Origin: Terriglobia bacterium
Lineage (GTDB): Bacteria; Acidobacteriota; Terriglobia; Acidiferrales; UBA7541
Direction: 5' to 3'
Assembly (NCBI GenBank): GCA_963695545.1
Contig: OY968796.1
Location: 3,968,001 to 4,032,000 of the forward strand
Length of the DNA: 64,000 bases
The notes beneath the pieces were generated by a model. That model saw only the letters and a program-made list of their open reading frames with translations, had not been told where the DNA came from and ran no database searches. A program made the translations under genes and the position numbers. Below, one piece after another: positions 32,168 through 43,346 of the stretch; the first letter of the stretch is position 1; the number at the start of each line of letters is the position of its first letter.

Positions 32168-33403
32168 ATGAACCGCACGTCCATTCCGTTTGCGACCATC
32201 GAGGAAGCCCTCGAAGAAATTCGCCTGGGCCACCAAATCGTTCTGGTGGACGACGAAGACCGCGAAAATGAAGGCGATCTGGCGATGGCCGCCGAGAAAG
32301 TGACGCCGGAAGCGATCAACTTCATGGCGAAATTCGGCCGCGGCCTGATTTGCCTGGCGCTGACCGAAGAACGCTGCGACGAACTGCATTTGCCGCCGAT
32401 GTCGCCGGTGAACACCTCGAATTACGGCACGGCGTTTTGCGAATCGATCGACGCGCGCCGCGGCACAACCACCGGCATCAGCGCGGCCGACCGCGCGACA
32501 ACTATTCTCGCCGCGATCGATCCGGCGACGCGCCCCGCGGATCTAGCTCGCCCCGGCCACGTTTTTCCGCTGCAAGCGCGGCGCGGAGGCGTGCTGGTGC
32601 GCGCCGGGCAGACCGAGGCCTCCGTCGATCTCGCGCGCATCTCGGGCCTGTATCCCGCCGCAGTGATTTGCGAAATCATGAACGACGACGGAACCATGGC
32701 GCGCTTGCCGCAACTCGCCGAGTTCTGCGCCATCCACGGCCTCAAACTCGTCAGCGTCGCCGACCTCATCCGTTACCGCATGCGCCACGAGCGCTACGTG
32801 AGACGCGTGGCCGAAGCCGATCTGCCCACGCGCTGCGGAGCGTTCCGCATGATCGTCTATTCGTCCGACATCGATGGCGCGCAGCACGTCGCGCTGGTGC
32901 ACGGAGCGATCGGTGCGGGCGACGAAAGCGCGAGCGAAACCGGGCGCGAAGATCTTTCAAGCCGCGCGCAGCTGGCGCCGCCGCTGGTGCGCGTGCATTC
33001 GCATTGCCTCACCGGCGATGTGTTCGGCTCGATCACCTGCGATTGTCAGGACCTGATCGCGCGATCGCTTGAAGCCATCGCGGCGGAAGGCCGCGGCGTG
33101 TTCGTCTATCTGCATCTTGCGGGCCGGGGCTTCGCGATCGAACCGTCCTCCGCGCACGATGTTTTGCCGCGCGTCCTGTATCACGGCCGCGGCCAAGTCG
33201 AAGCCAATCTCGACCATCAGCGCCAATTGCAGCGCGAAAGCGGCATCGGCGCCCAGATTCTAAGCGACTTGGGCCTCACGACGCTGCGCGTGCTGACAAA
33301 TCATCCGCGCAAACTTGTTGCGCTCGAAGGCTACGGACTGTGCATCGCCGAGCAAGTTCCCATCCCGATCGGCAGTCACCGCACTACGCATCAGCGCTTG
33401 TAA
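32168..33403 (+). CDS. ribBA: DHBP synthase RibB fused to a GTP cyclohydrolase II-like domain
   Basis: [32 protein letters not shown]-terminal [14 protein letters not shown]. Confidence 0.9.
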   Translation: MNRTSIPFATIEEALEEIRLGHQIVLVDDEDRENEGDLAMAAEKVTPEAINFMAKFGRGLICLALTEERCDELHLPPMSPVNTSNYGTAFCESIDARRGTTTGISAADRATTILAAIDPATRPADLARPGHVFPLQARRGGVLVRAGQTEASVDLARISGLYPAAVICEIMNDDGTMARLPQLAEFCAIHGLKLVSVADLIRYRMRHERYVRRVAEADLPTRCGAFRMIVYSSDIDGAQHVALVHGAIGAGDESASETGREDLSSRAQLAPPLVRVHSHCLTGDVFGSITCDCQDLIARSLEAIAAEGRGVFVYLHLAGRGFAIEPSSAHDVLPRVLYHGRGQVEANLDHQRQLQRESGIGAQILSDLGLTTLRVLTNHPRKLVALEGYGLCIAEQVPIPIGSHRTTHQRL

Positions 33404-33435
33404 GCCTCCAGGTAATCTTCAAAGGGCTAGCGCAG

Positions 33436-33747
33436 TTACGGCGAGGATGACGCCACCGTTACATACGGCCGAATCGCGTTGAGTTTCCGGCGTGAAATTC
33501 CGCGAATCGCAAGCAAATCTTCCACGCGGCGAAACGGCCCGCTGGTTTTGCGGAAATTAACGATGGCCTGCGCGGTCTTCGGTCCGATCCCCGGAAGTTG
33601 TGCAAGTTGATCGGCGGTTGCGGTGTTCAGGTTGAGCGGCTTTGCCGGCGGTTGCTTTGCGGCGCGTGCCACGCTTGACGAAGCCAAACTCGCCGCGATC
33701 CCGATGACAAATAGGATCAAGCAAATTTCGCGAGCGCACCAACGCAC
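33436..33747 (-). CDS. ComEA-like helix-hairpin-helix protein
   Basis: Signal peptide, LNLNTAT..QL..LPGIGP..A..I..FR...GPF..VEDL. Confidence 0.88.
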   Translation of the reverse strand: MRWCAREICLILFVIGIAASLASSSVARAAKQPPAKPLNLNTATADQLAQLPGIGPKTAQAIVNFRKTSGPFRRVEDLLAIRGISRRKLNAIRPYVTVASSSP

Positions 33748-33808
33748 GGCAAATTCCTCAATTCATTCCCGCGACGCGTTCCCGAAACGCCCGCGCCGCT
33801 GCCTCGAG

Positions 33809-35191
33809 CTAGAGGCGGTTCCCCTGCGGGTCAAAAATCTCAACCGGACCGAAGAGCGCCGCTTGCGATTCGATATGCGCGCGGTCGCCGACGACAACGA
33901 TCTGGGCGTTCGCGGAATCGAAATAGCGGCGCGCGGCTTCGAGCACGTCGTCGGCAGTGAGCGCCTGCATGCGCGCGCGGTAGGTCTCGAGATAATCGTC
34001 GGGCATTTCTTCAAGCAGCACGCCGCCCAGTTGCCCGGCAATGCCGTCTTGCGTGCCCAATCCCAGCGAGAACGTTCCGGCTAGATAATTCCGCGCGTCG
34101 GCGAGTTCTTCATCGCTGACGCGCAGCGAGCGGATGCGATCAAGCTCGTAGAATATTTCGGAAAGCGTCGCCGCGACGACTTCGCCGCGCACCGCGGCGC
34201 TGACGCTGAAATAACCATGCTGCCGCAACGCGTGCAGCGCGCTGCGCGGGCTGTAGGTGTAACCCTTTTGCTCGCGGATATTCAGCACGAGCCGCGAATG
34301 AAACGCTCCGCCGTAAATCGCGTTCGCGAGAGTAGCGCGCTGCCAATCGGGACTCTTGCGCGTGATCGCGTGATTGCCGACGGTGATCTGCGCTTGCACC
34401 GCGCCCGGCAGATGAACCACGTAAACGCGCCGGCCATGAATTTCCGGCAGCGGCGGATCGGCCGCGGCATCGGGCGCTGCGCCTTGCCAGGCGCCGAAGC
34501 TGCGCTCGACCTGCGCGCGCATTTCGGCAGCATCGAAATCGCCGACGAGCACGAGCAACGCGTTCGCCGGCCGATAATTGCGCCGGTAGAATTCGGGGAG
34601 TTGCGCCAAGCGATACGATTCCACTTGTGCTTCGGTGGGCGCGACCGTCGCGTACGGATGTTTTCCGAAAAGCACTTTGCGGATGCGTTCGCCTGCAAGA
34701 AAACCCGGCGTGGTGCGCTCGATGCGCAGGCCTTCGAGCAATTGACGGCGCTCGCGCTCGAATTCGGCTTCGGGAAATGACGCTTGCGCGGCGAGTTCCG
34801 CGACCAATTGCAGCAGCGGCTCCCGGTGATCCGCGAGTCCCGCAAACGAGATCACGCTGGTATCGGCCGACGACCCGCTTGAAAGATCGGCGCCCATTCC
34901 GCGCAGAGCCTCTTCGATCTGTTGGCTGTTGCGCAGCGCGGTCCCCGTGCGCAAAACCGAGGCCGTGATTCCGGCAAGGCCGGGCTCGGATGCGGCGGTC
35001 GCCGCGGCGTTACCGCTGCGGAAATAAAGTTGTCCGTTGAATTTCGGAATCGTGTGCGATTCCACGAGCGCGATTTCGAGTCCGTTCGCGAGGCGCGCGC
35101 GGGATTGCCGCGGCCAAACCACCGGCCGCTCGGGGCCGAGCGCGGGAATGTGGGGCGAAAGCGCTTCTGCCGCGGTAGCGTTGGCCATCAC
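33809..35191 (-). CDS. M16 (pitrilysin-family) peptidase, non-catalytic subunit
   Basis: L.NGL, GG.F.SRL..NIRE.KGYTY; no HxxEH. Confidence 0.88.
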   Translation of the reverse strand: MMANATAAEALSPHIPALGPERPVVWPRQSRARLANGLEIALVESHTIPKFNGQLYFRSGNAAATAASEPGLAGITASVLRTGTALRNSQQIEEALRGMGADLSSGSSADTSVISFAGLADHREPLLQLVAELAAQASFPEAEFERERRQLLEGLRIERTTPGFLAGERIRKVLFGKHPYATVAPTEAQVESYRLAQLPEFYRRNYRPANALLVLVGDFDAAEMRAQVERSFGAWQGAAPDAAADPPLPEIHGRRVYVVHLPGAVQAQITVGNHAITRKSPDWQRATLANAIYGGAFHSRLVLNIREQKGYTYSPRSALHALRQHGYFSVSAAVRGEVVAATLSEIFYELDRIRSLRVSDEELADARNYLAGTFSLGLGTQDGIAGQLGGVLLEEMPDDYLETYRARMQALTADDVLEAARRYFDSANAQIVVVGDRAHIESQAALFGPVEIFDPQGNRL

Positions 35192-36504
35192 GCGCCTTCC
35201 TTCGTCACTGGATTCCGATAGACGACTGAGCGTTCCGCCGGCGCGAGATACTTGTTCGCTACGGCCTGCACCGCTGCCGGCGTGACTTCGAGAAATCCAC
35301 TCAGCACCGTGTTCACAAGTTGCGGCTGGTTATCAAACAGCGTGAAGCAAGCCATGCAATGCATCAACCCGTAGCGCGGAATGTGGCTCCCATGGCCGCC
35401 TTCGAGCATCGAGTAGTAGTCGGATCGGAATTTGGTCTTGAGCTGCTCGAGTTCGGCCTTGCCGATTCCCTTCTCTTTCACTTCATCGAGCACTTTCTGA
35501 AGCTCGGCCAAGGTTTCCTCCGCGGAATGCTCCGGCTTGTACAGAATGCGCGTCACCATCAGCGTCGGGCCGTTGTAATCGAACAGATCGCCTACGGGAT
35601 AGTTGATTCCGCCTTCGGCGTCCACGGCAATTTGCCGCTCGAGCACCAAGCGGCGATAGACGCGCCCGGCGCGCCCGCCGTGCAGCGCCTGATCGAGCAT
35701 CGCTGCGGCGTACCAATCGGGAGTGAGGCGGCGCGGCGCGGGATAACCGACGGCGAGGCCAGGCAACGTTCCGAATTTTTCTTCGACGACGCCGCTGCGT
35801 TCCGCGATCTGCGGCGGCTCGCTGACATCTGCCTGCGGTGCGGCCGGGCCAGCAGGAACGGAGCCGAAGTGGCGCTCGGCGAGTTTGAAACCTTCCTCGG
35901 GTGACACGTCGCCGAGCATCAAGAGAACAGCGTTCGATGGCGCGTAGTAGGTGCGGAAGAAAGACTGAACGTCGGCAAGCGTTGCGGCATCGAGATCCGC
36001 GAACTCGCCATAAAAATTGTGCGCGTTGGCCCAATTGCGATAGGCGATCGGCGGCAGATCGAGCCACGGAAAACCGCCATAAGGCTGATTGAGCACGTTG
36101 ACGCGAACTTCTTCTTTTACGACGTCGCGCTGGTTACGCAGATTTTCGTCGTCCACCTTGAGCGCCCGCATGCGATCGGCTTCGAGCCACAGGACGCGCT
36201 CAAGCGCGTTTGACGGCACCGATTCGTAGTAATTCGTAACGTCGTAATGCGTCGAGCCGTTCAGCACGCCACCGGAAGAATTGATCAGCCGGATGTGCAC
36301 CATCTTCCCGGCGTTCTCCGAGCCCTGAAACATCATGTGCTCGAACAGATGAGCGAAGCCGCTTCGACCGCGCGGTTCAAGGCGAAAACCGATGTTGTAA
36401 TAGACGCCGACGGTGGCGATTGGGGCGCTGCGGTCGGGCGAAATCACCACGCGCAAGCCGTTCGATAGTGACGAAGTCTCGATCGGAAACTGCAGATTGG
36501 TCAA
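35188..36504 (-). CDS. M16 (pitrilysin-family) peptidase, catalytic subunit
   Basis: GFAHLFEHMMFQGS, LEADRM, VVKEE. Confidence 0.92.
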   Translation of the reverse strand: MTNLQFPIETSSLSNGLRVVISPDRSAPIATVGVYYNIGFRLEPRGRSGFAHLFEHMMFQGSENAGKMVHIRLINSSGGVLNGSTHYDVTNYYESVPSNALERVLWLEADRMRALKVDDENLRNQRDVVKEEVRVNVLNQPYGGFPWLDLPPIAYRNWANAHNFYGEFADLDAATLADVQSFFRTYYAPSNAVLLMLGDVSPEEGFKLAERHFGSVPAGPAAPQADVSEPPQIAERSGVVEEKFGTLPGLAVGYPAPRRLTPDWYAAAMLDQALHGGRAGRVYRRLVLERQIAVDAEGGINYPVGDLFDYNGPTLMVTRILYKPEHSAEETLAELQKVLDEVKEKGIGKAELEQLKTKFRSDYYSMLEGGHGSHIPRYGLMHCMACFTLFDNQPQLVNTVLSGFLEVTPAAVQAVANKYLAPAERSVVYRNPVTKEGA

Positions 36505-36521
36505 CTTTTCTCCCCTCCGAC

Positions 36522-37424
36522 TTAATTATTCTCGCCGACCGCGGCCGCAAACGCGAGCGGGCGGGCGCGGCCGCGGCTGCGCGAATTCTTTGGCGCGCCG
36601 GTTTCGGCAAGCGATACTCGCAAGCGCTCAAGCGCGACAAAGGCTTCGCGATACGTGCGCGGGAACCGCAGCAGCGCGCGTTGCGCGAGAGCAATCCTCT
36701 GTGCGCGGCGTGCGCGCGATGGACCGTGACCCACTGAATGCGGTCCCAAACGCATTACGCAGTCCAGCGTTCGCCGCGCCAATGGATCAAGCACGCGCGT
36801 CGCCCGGCGCCGCGTGAGGCCCTCGGCCATCAGAATCCGCGTCGCTGTCTCGAACGAAGCGGCCAGAAGCGGCGAGACGAAAGATCGCGCGGCATGGCAG
36901 GCGGTTTTTCCACTGGTCGGAATGCTCAAGGGCACGCCGCCCAAGTCGCGACACACCCGCCGCGCCGCACGCATGGCTGTCGGGTTGCCTTCGATCTCAA
37001 AGAAGCATCCCTCAAGCGGCGTTATGCCGCGCTGGCTAAAAACCTGCACCGGATACATCGCGCCCGTGGCCGCTCCGCATTCGGCGAGCGGCTGAAGCGC
37101 CCGCGAATCCAAGCGCCCGCTCGCGTGCAGCACTATCCTGCCGCGCCATTCCTCGCCGCCCATCTCGGCGAGACGCATGGCTATGCCAGCAATCTCAGGG
37201 TCAGGAGCGCAAATCAGCACCAGATCCACCGCCAGAAGTTGTCGCGTTAACTCGGCATGCGGCTGTCCATCGCCGATGGCGCGAATCGCATGGCGCGCCG
37301 TTGCCAGCCGACGCGTCACGACCGGCCCCACGCGCCAACCCGCGACACGCAGCCCGTGCCCCAACGCGAGTCCCACGCGGCCGGCACCGACAATCCCGAC
37401 CGTGAGCGTACCGTGTGTTAGCAT
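36522..37424 (-). CDS. Rossmann-like plus DUF2520 domain protein
   Basis: GIVGAGRVG, ICAPD, LHASG, FEIEG pattern. Confidence 0.78.
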   Translation of the reverse strand: MLTHGTLTVGIVGAGRVGLALGHGLRVAGWRVGPVVTRRLATARHAIRAIGDGQPHAELTRQLLAVDLVLICAPDPEIAGIAMRLAEMGGEEWRGRIVLHASGRLDSRALQPLAECGAATGAMYPVQVFSQRGITPLEGCFFEIEGNPTAMRAARRVCRDLGGVPLSIPTSGKTACHAARSFVSPLLAASFETATRILMAEGLTRRRATRVLDPLARRTLDCVMRLGPHSVGHGPSRARRAQRIALAQRALLRFPRTYREAFVALERLRVSLAETGAPKNSRSRGRARPLAFAAAVGENN

Positions 37425-37461
37425 AACGTGTCGGTGACTCCCGCGACCAGGTCCTTCACTC

Positions 37462-38616
37462 TTGCATATACTCTGGACCGTCTACTTCGGATTAGACGCT
37501 TTATGCTCGATCATCGGAGCGGCCCTTTGCGGCTTGGGACTGCGCCAATTGCCGTGGCTCAAGCGCACTGAGCCGTTGCGAAGCGATCACGCTCCCTCGA
37601 TTTCCATAATTTTTGCGGCTCGGGATGAAGCTGAAAAATTGGCGAAGGCGCTCCCGACCCTTCTGGACCAAAACTATCCAGATTACGAAGTGCTTGCCGT
37701 CAACGATCGATCACGCGACGCGACTCTAGACATTCTCAACCAATTTGCGCGCGCAAGCAAACGCCTTCGCGTGCTGGACGTGACCGAGCTGCCGCCGGGC
37801 TGGCTCGGAAAAACGCACGCGCTCGACGCCGGATACCACGCGGCGCGCGGCGAGTGGCTGGTCTTCACCGATGCGGACGTGTCGTTCTCTCCCGACGTGT
37901 TGTCGCGCGCCATGGCCTTGGCTACGGAGCGCGGATGGGACCACTTGACGCTGCTGGCAGGAATCGAGATGCACGGCGTGTGGGAGATTGCGGCGGTCAG
38001 TTACTTCGGCTTGGTGTTCGTGGCCGGAAATGGGATCTGGCACACCAATCGGCCGAACTCGCGCGCGTACAACGGCGTCGGCGCATTCCAACTCGTGCGG
38101 CGCGAGGCGTACGAACGCGCCGGCGGTCACAAGCGTCTGGCGCTCGATGTGATCGACGATATGAAGCTGGGCAAAATCGTCAAGCTCGCCGGATTTCGCT
38201 CGGGCACGGGCATCGCGTTCGACGAAGTGCGCGTGCGATGGCAGGCGGGGCTGCGAAACGTAATCGCCGGCGTCACCAAGAACATGTTCGCCGCAGTTGG
38301 ATACAACGCCGCGTTCGCCGGCGCGGCGATGATGGTTCCGCTGGCGTTCAGTATCGGCCCGCTCGCCGGCGTGATTCTGGCGACGGGCTGGGCGCGCGTG
38401 TTCGCGGGCATCGCGCTTGCCGCCGTGCTCGGGATGCACGGCTTCACTCTGGCCAGCGCGGGGAGATCGCCGCTCTACGCGCTGACGAATCCAATCGGGG
38501 CCATTCTGTTCGATTGGATGCTGCTGCGCTCGACGGTCGTCACGCTCTGGCAGGGCGGCGTGAAATGGCGCGACACTTTTTATCCGCTCGACGAACTGCG
38601 CAAGAACATGGTGTGA
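37462..38616 (+). CDS. Family 2 glycosyltransferase, membrane-bound
   Basis: AARDEA, NDRSRD, PPGWLGK, FTDAD, IDD; TTG start uncertain. Confidence 0.88.
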   Translation: MHILWTVYFGLDALCSIIGAALCGLGLRQLPWLKRTEPLRSDHAPSISIIFAARDEAEKLAKALPTLLDQNYPDYEVLAVNDRSRDATLDILNQFARASKRLRVLDVTELPPGWLGKTHALDAGYHAARGEWLVFTDADVSFSPDVLSRAMALATERGWDHLTLLAGIEMHGVWEIAAVSYFGLVFVAGNGIWHTNRPNSRAYNGVGAFQLVRREAYERAGGHKRLALDVIDDMKLGKIVKLAGFRSGTGIAFDEVRVRWQAGLRNVIAGVTKNMFAAVGYNAAFAGAAMMVPLAFSIGPLAGVILATGWARVFAGIALAAVLGMHGFTLASAGRSPLYALTNPIGAILFDWMLLRSTVVTLWQGGVKWRDTFYPLDELRKNMV

Positions 38617-38660
38617 GCAGGACATTCTAAGCAACGCGTTCCGCGCGGGCCGGGCATTCT

Positions 38661-40697
38661 TCACGTTTGCGGCGATGGCGGCTCGGGCGCGGCCGGCGGC
38701 GGCAAAAACAATGAACCGATATCGCGCTGTTTGAGCGCGCGGACGCGATCGCGCAGCGCCGCGGCGCGCTCGAATTCAAATTTCTTGGCGGCTTCGCGCA
38801 TTTGCTCTTCGAGTTTCCCGATGGCGTGGCGAAGCTGCTCCTCGGTCACGATATTCTCGTCCACAAAATCCTCGGCGGGCACGTTGAGGTAATCGGCATC
38901 GACGATGCGAGCCAGCTTCATATCCACGCTCCTGATGATGGATAGCGGCGTGATGTGGTGCTCCGCGTTGTAGGCGAGCTGCTTGTCGCGGCGGCGGCTC
39001 GTTTCATCGATGGCCTGGCGCATCGAGCCGGTCATTACGTCCGCATATAGGATGGAGCGGCCTTCGACGTGCCGCGCGCAGCGGCCCATGGTTTGAATCA
39101 GCGCGGTTGCGCTGCGCAGATAGCCTTCCTTGTCGGCGTCCAAAATCGCCACCAAAGAAACTTCGGGCAGATCGAGGCCTTCGCGCAGCAGATTGATGCC
39201 GATCAGCACGTCGAATTCGCCGCGGCGCAGATCGCGCAGGATGCGCACGCGCTCGAGCGTTTCGATCTCGGAGTGCAGATAGCGGCAGCGCACGCCGACT
39301 TCGGCGAAATATTCCGCAAGATCCTCGGACATGCGTTTGGTGAGCGTTGTGACGAGCACGCGCTCGTTGCGCGCGGCGCGCACGCGAATTTCTTCGAGCA
39401 AATCGTCGACTTGGCCCTTCACGGGACGCACCTCGACTTGCGGGTCGACAAGGCCGGTCGGCCGAATCACTTGCTCGATGACGGCGCCCGCCGTTCGGGT
39501 CAATTCGTACGGACCGGGCGTGGCGGAAACGTAGACCACCTGATTGGTGCGATGCTCGAACTCCTCGAACGTGAGCGGACGATTGTCCAGCGCCGAGGGC
39601 ATGCGAAAGCCGTAATCGACCAGCGTTTGCTTTCGCGAGCGATCGCCTTTGTACATGCCGTTCAACTGCGGAATGCTCTGGTGCGATTCGTCCACGAACA
39701 GCAAATAGTCCTGCGGAACGTAATCGAGCAGCGTCGGCGGCGCTTCGCCGGGCAGTCGCCCCGAAAGATGGCGCGAATAATTTTCCACGCCGTGGCAATA
39801 TCCGATCGTGCGCATCATCTCGACGTCGAAACGCGTGCGCTGCCAGAGGCGCTGCGCTTCGACGAACTTGCCCTGCTTTTCCAGTTCGGCCTTCCACCAA
39901 TCGAGCTCTTCGAGGATCGAAACGATGGCGCGCTCGCGCTGCGCGGCGGGCAGCACGTAATGTGATTTCGGATAGATCGCCAGACGCGAGAGATTTTCCG
40001 TGCCGTGCAGCGCGCCGGTCAGCGGATCCATCGGGCGAATGGCTTCCACTTGCTCGCCCCAAAGCTCGATGCGATAGGCCAAGTCTTCGTATGGCGGATA
40101 TATTTCGATGGTGTCGCCGCGCACGCGAAATGTTCCGCGGCGTAAATCCTCGGAGCGCTCGTACTGAATGTCCACAAGTTTGCGCAGGATGGCATCGCGC
40201 GAAAAAATCTTGCCGGTCTCGATGGTGGCCGACATGGCGAAATAGGCGTCCGGCGATCCGAGACCGTAGATGCAGGAGACGGAGGCGACCACGATGACGT
40301 CGCGCCGCTCGAAGAGCGAGCGCGTGGCGCTCATGCGCAATTTGTCGAGTTCGTCGTTGATCGTGGACTCTTTTTCGATGTAGGTGTCCGACGCGGGCAA
40401 ATAGGCTTCGGGCATGTAGTAGTCGTAATAGCTGACGAAATACTCGACGGCGTTCTGCGGAAAAAAGCTCTTGAATTCGCTGTAGAGCTGCGCCGCGAGG
40501 GTTTTGTTGTGCGCGAGAACGATCGAGGGGCGATTGGCCGCGGCGATCACTTTGGCCATGGTGAAGGTTTTGCCCGAGCCGGTTACGCCGAGCAGGACCT
40601 GATGCTTCTCGCCGCTTTCTAAGCCGCGCACGAGTTGCTCGATGGCTTGGGGCTGATCGCCCTGAGGTTCGTAATCGCTGCTGAGTTTGAAATTCAT
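38661..40697 (-). CDS. uvrB: Excinuclease ABC subunit B
   Basis: [40 protein letters not shown]-terminal UVR domain. Confidence 0.98.
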   Translation of the reverse strand: MNFKLSSDYEPQGDQPQAIEQLVRGLESGEKHQVLLGVTGSGKTFTMAKVIAAANRPSIVLAHNKTLAAQLYSEFKSFFPQNAVEYFVSYYDYYMPEAYLPASDTYIEKESTINDELDKLRMSATRSLFERRDVIVVASVSCIYGLGSPDAYFAMSATIETGKIFSRDAILRKLVDIQYERSEDLRRGTFRVRGDTIEIYPPYEDLAYRIELWGEQVEAIRPMDPLTGALHGTENLSRLAIYPKSHYVLPAAQRERAIVSILEELDWWKAELEKQGKFVEAQRLWQRTRFDVEMMRTIGYCHGVENYSRHLSGRLPGEAPPTLLDYVPQDYLLFVDESHQSIPQLNGMYKGDRSRKQTLVDYGFRMPSALDNRPLTFEEFEHRTNQVVYVSATPGPYELTRTAGAVIEQVIRPTGLVDPQVEVRPVKGQVDDLLEEIRVRAARNERVLVTTLTKRMSEDLAEYFAEVGVRCRYLHSEIETLERVRILRDLRRGEFDVLIGINLLREGLDLPEVSLVAILDADKEGYLRSATALIQTMGRCARHVEGRSILYADVMTGSMRQAIDETSRRRDKQLAYNAEHHITPLSIIRSVDMKLARIVDADYLNVPAEDFVDENIVTEEQLRHAIGKLEEQMREAAKKFEFERAAALRDRVRALKQRDIGSLFLPPPAAPEPPSPQT

Positions 40698-40873
40698 GTG
40701 GTCTGGTCGCACAGTGCGGCCCGATGGGGCCGCCAAAACTCTTTATTTTACCGCGAAAATTCCCGCTTGCATACCCGTCGCACACACGTGAATTTGTGGC
40801 GCCACGGCAGGCGATGGGGGTTGTGTAGCCGCCACTGGCCACGCCAGAATAGGCCAGCGGCGCGATTTCGCTG

Positions 40874-41989
40874 TCAGGCGTAGGAAATTGTGTTCAGGCT
40901 GCCGGCCATTAGATTGATTTCAGTGTGCACGCTCGAGAATTTGTCGGCCATTTCCTCGAAAGTGATTTCCTGATCGCCCTGTGAGCCGATGAGCACGACT
41001 TCGTCGCCCAGGCGCGCTTCGGAGGCGAGATCGGTGACATCGATGGTAAGAACGTTTAGAGAGACGCGTCCAATCACGGGGCAGCGCTGGCCGTGGATCA
41101 GGACGATGCCCTTGTTGAATAGCGCGCGAGGATAGCCTTCGCCGAAGCCGACGGGCAACGATGCGATTTTGGTGTCGCGCGCGGTGGTGAAGAGGCCGCC
41201 GTAGCCAACCGTGCGGCCTTTCGGGACGTCGCGCAACTGGGCAATCCAGGTGCGGAAAGACATCACGGGTTTGAGCTCGGCGGGATTCTCGAATTCGCGC
41301 GATGTGCGCACGCCGTAGCACGCGGCGCCGACGCGGACCATGCCGCGGCGTTGCCCGCTGAGTCGCATGGTCGCCGCGCTATTGTGCGTGTGAACCAGCA
41401 CGTCGTCCGGCAAGGCGAGTTCGGCGCAGAAGCGCTCCATGCGCTCAAGCTGCGCGCTGGTCAGCGCGAGCGAGTTCGCGTCGGCCGTGGGGAAATGGGT
41501 CATGATGCCGGCGATGCGCAGGCCGGGCAATTTCATCACGTTGCGGATCGTGTCGATTTGCTCGGGGAAAAAACCGCTTCTGCCCATGCCCGTATCGATG
41601 TCGAGATGGACGGGGACGCGTCGGCCGCGGCGCACTCCGGCGGCGGACAAGTAAGACGCTGCCTCCGAGCTGCCGACCTGTTCTTCAATTTCGAGATCAC
41701 GAACCGACTCCTCCATTTCGGCCTCGAGTGCCATTCTCAGGCGGAGTAACGGAACTTTGAGGCCAAGACGGCGAACGGTCTCCGCCTCTGGGTTGGTGCA
41801 GATGCCGAGCAGGTCGGCACCAGCGGCGACGGCCACGGGAGCGAGCGCCTCGAGGCCATGGCCGTAGGCATTGGCCTTCATCACGACGCAAAGCTTCGAG
41901 GGAGCGACGAGGCGGCGGATATATTGGATATTGTTGGAGAACTTTTCGCGTGAAACCAAAACTTCGACGTGATGCTGAGCCATCGTCAC
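40874..41989 (-). CDS. alr: PLP-dependent amino acid racemase (Alr fold)
   Basis: KANAYGHG, DTGMGR.G, MTHF, VGYGG. Confidence 0.88.
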   Translation of the reverse strand: MTMAQHHVEVLVSREKFSNNIQYIRRLVAPSKLCVVMKANAYGHGLEALAPVAVAAGADLLGICTNPEAETVRRLGLKVPLLRLRMALEAEMEESVRDLEIEEQVGSSEAASYLSAAGVRRGRRVPVHLDIDTGMGRSGFFPEQIDTIRNVMKLPGLRIAGIMTHFPTADANSLALTSAQLERMERFCAELALPDDVLVHTHNSAATMRLSGQRRGMVRVGAACYGVRTSREFENPAELKPVMSFRTWIAQLRDVPKGRTVGYGGLFTTARDTKIASLPVGFGEGYPRALFNKGIVLIHGQRCPVIGRVSLNVLTIDVTDLASEARLGDEVVLIGSQGDQEITFEEMADKFSSVHTEINLMAGSLNTISYA

Positions 41990-42188
41990 CGACCTCGGGT
42001 GCGGGCTCTACGTGGAGCGCGCCGATAAATTTTCCGCGCCAGTCACTGCGCAAGCTTTTCTGATCGCGAAGTTTTCGGCAATCTTAACGCAGCTTGGCGG
42101 GCGCAGAAAGACCTTACACGATTCCCGAAGTTTCTCAAGGCGGCGGCCGTTCTGCGATGGATCTGCAAGTTGGCCTGTCGCTCGACGG

Positions 42189-43346
42189 CTATTGTGGCAG
42201 CAAAAGCAGATTGACGTGGCTGTGGACTGTGCCAGCGTAACGGAGCGAATCTTCGTGCTCGCTGATTACGGTGAGGTCCATTCGCTCGTCGCCGTTTTGC
42301 GTGACGTTGACGACCCAGCCAGTGCGCAGGGAAACGTCGATCAGGCTTTCACTCGAGCCCGTCCACGTGCCGGAGGTGTGCAGACCGCTGGGAATGTTTG
42401 CGCCAGACGAGGCTGCAGAGTTGCCCGGCGCGGAATCGTTTCCGTCGGCGCCGATTTCGGCTTTCAGCGTGGCTTTCGATGGCACAAGCAACACACGCGT
42501 CAGGATCACGGCGCAGGTTTCGGCGTTCGCCGGAGCGTTGATGGAGGGCGCGCCGGCGACCGGCGCCGAGCCCGCTGCCGAGGGAGCAGCCACGGCGCTT
42601 CCTGCATCCAGTGGGGATTGCCGGCAGGGCTCGTTGCGCAAATAACTGGAATCCGTGTGCCACGTCATGCCCGGGAGCGGAATGCCGTCGGCGGCGCGAT
42701 CGGCTGACCATGCTTGACCGGGCTCGACGGTCGGTCCAGGCGCGCCGACGCCGGAAGATAGTTGCGCAACCCAGGCTTCGGCGTCGCGCGCGGCTTGGGG
42801 AGTCTCGAAAACGTCGTCGCCGGCGGAGATGTCGGTTACCTTACCGTTCGCGTCGAGCGCCAGTTCGACAGTGTGGCCTTGAAGGTGCTGATACCGATCT
42901 TGAATCGAGCGCGCGTCGGGATCGTAGCCATCCGTCTGAATGGTGGCGGCGGATTTTTCGTACGTCATGCGCAGGCGCAGCGCGGCGGGAGAAGTGGAAT
43001 TCTGCTCGTGCGGAGTGGCTGCGAGTGGCGCCGATTGTGGCGCGCTACTTATGGACGAAACACTATCCGGCGGCAGAACATCGATGCGCACGGTGGCGTC
43101 CCAGGTGACGACGAGTCTCGTGGGGCCTTGCGGGTCTTGCACGACGCCTCCGGCGGACCCGGCGGTTGTGGTGACGAGTTCCATCTGATAGCGCAGCACC
43201 TGGCCGGGAGTGAATTTCGGGCGCAAATCTGCGGCAGCGGGCGGCGCCGTTTGGTTGGTCGCGGCGGGCTGTTGCGCGCGCGATCCGCTGAGCGAGCCAA
43301 GGGCGATCGCGCAGCCGAGAATGCTAATTGTCGCAAGCCGTGTCAT
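42189..43346 (-). CDS. Hypothetical exported beta-rich protein
   Basis: Long ORF with signal peptide, in operon after asmA-like gene; resembles upstream neighbour. Confidence 0.7.
   Translation of the reverse strand: MTRLATISILGCAIALGSLSGSRAQQPAATNQTAPPAAADLRPKFTPGQVLRYQMELVTTTAGSAGGVVQDPQGPTRLVVTWDATVRIDVLPPDSVSSISSAPQSAPLAATPHEQNSTSPAALRLRMTYEKSAATIQTDGYDPDARSIQDRYQHLQGHTVELALDANGKVTDISAGDDVFETPQAARDAEAWVAQLSSGVGAPGPTVEPGQAWSADRAADGIPLPGMTWHTDSSYLRNEPCRQSPLDAGSAVAAPSAAGSAPVAGAPSINAPANAETCAVILTRVLLVPSKATLKAEIGADGNDSAPGNSAASSGANIPSGLHTSGTWTGSSESLIDVSLRTGWVVNVTQNGDERMDLTVISEHEDSLRYAGTVHSHVNLLLLPQ

Noticed and set aside
39004..40842. 612-aa alternate-frame ORF
   Set aside because: Out-of-frame overlap with uvrB and no recognisable motifs
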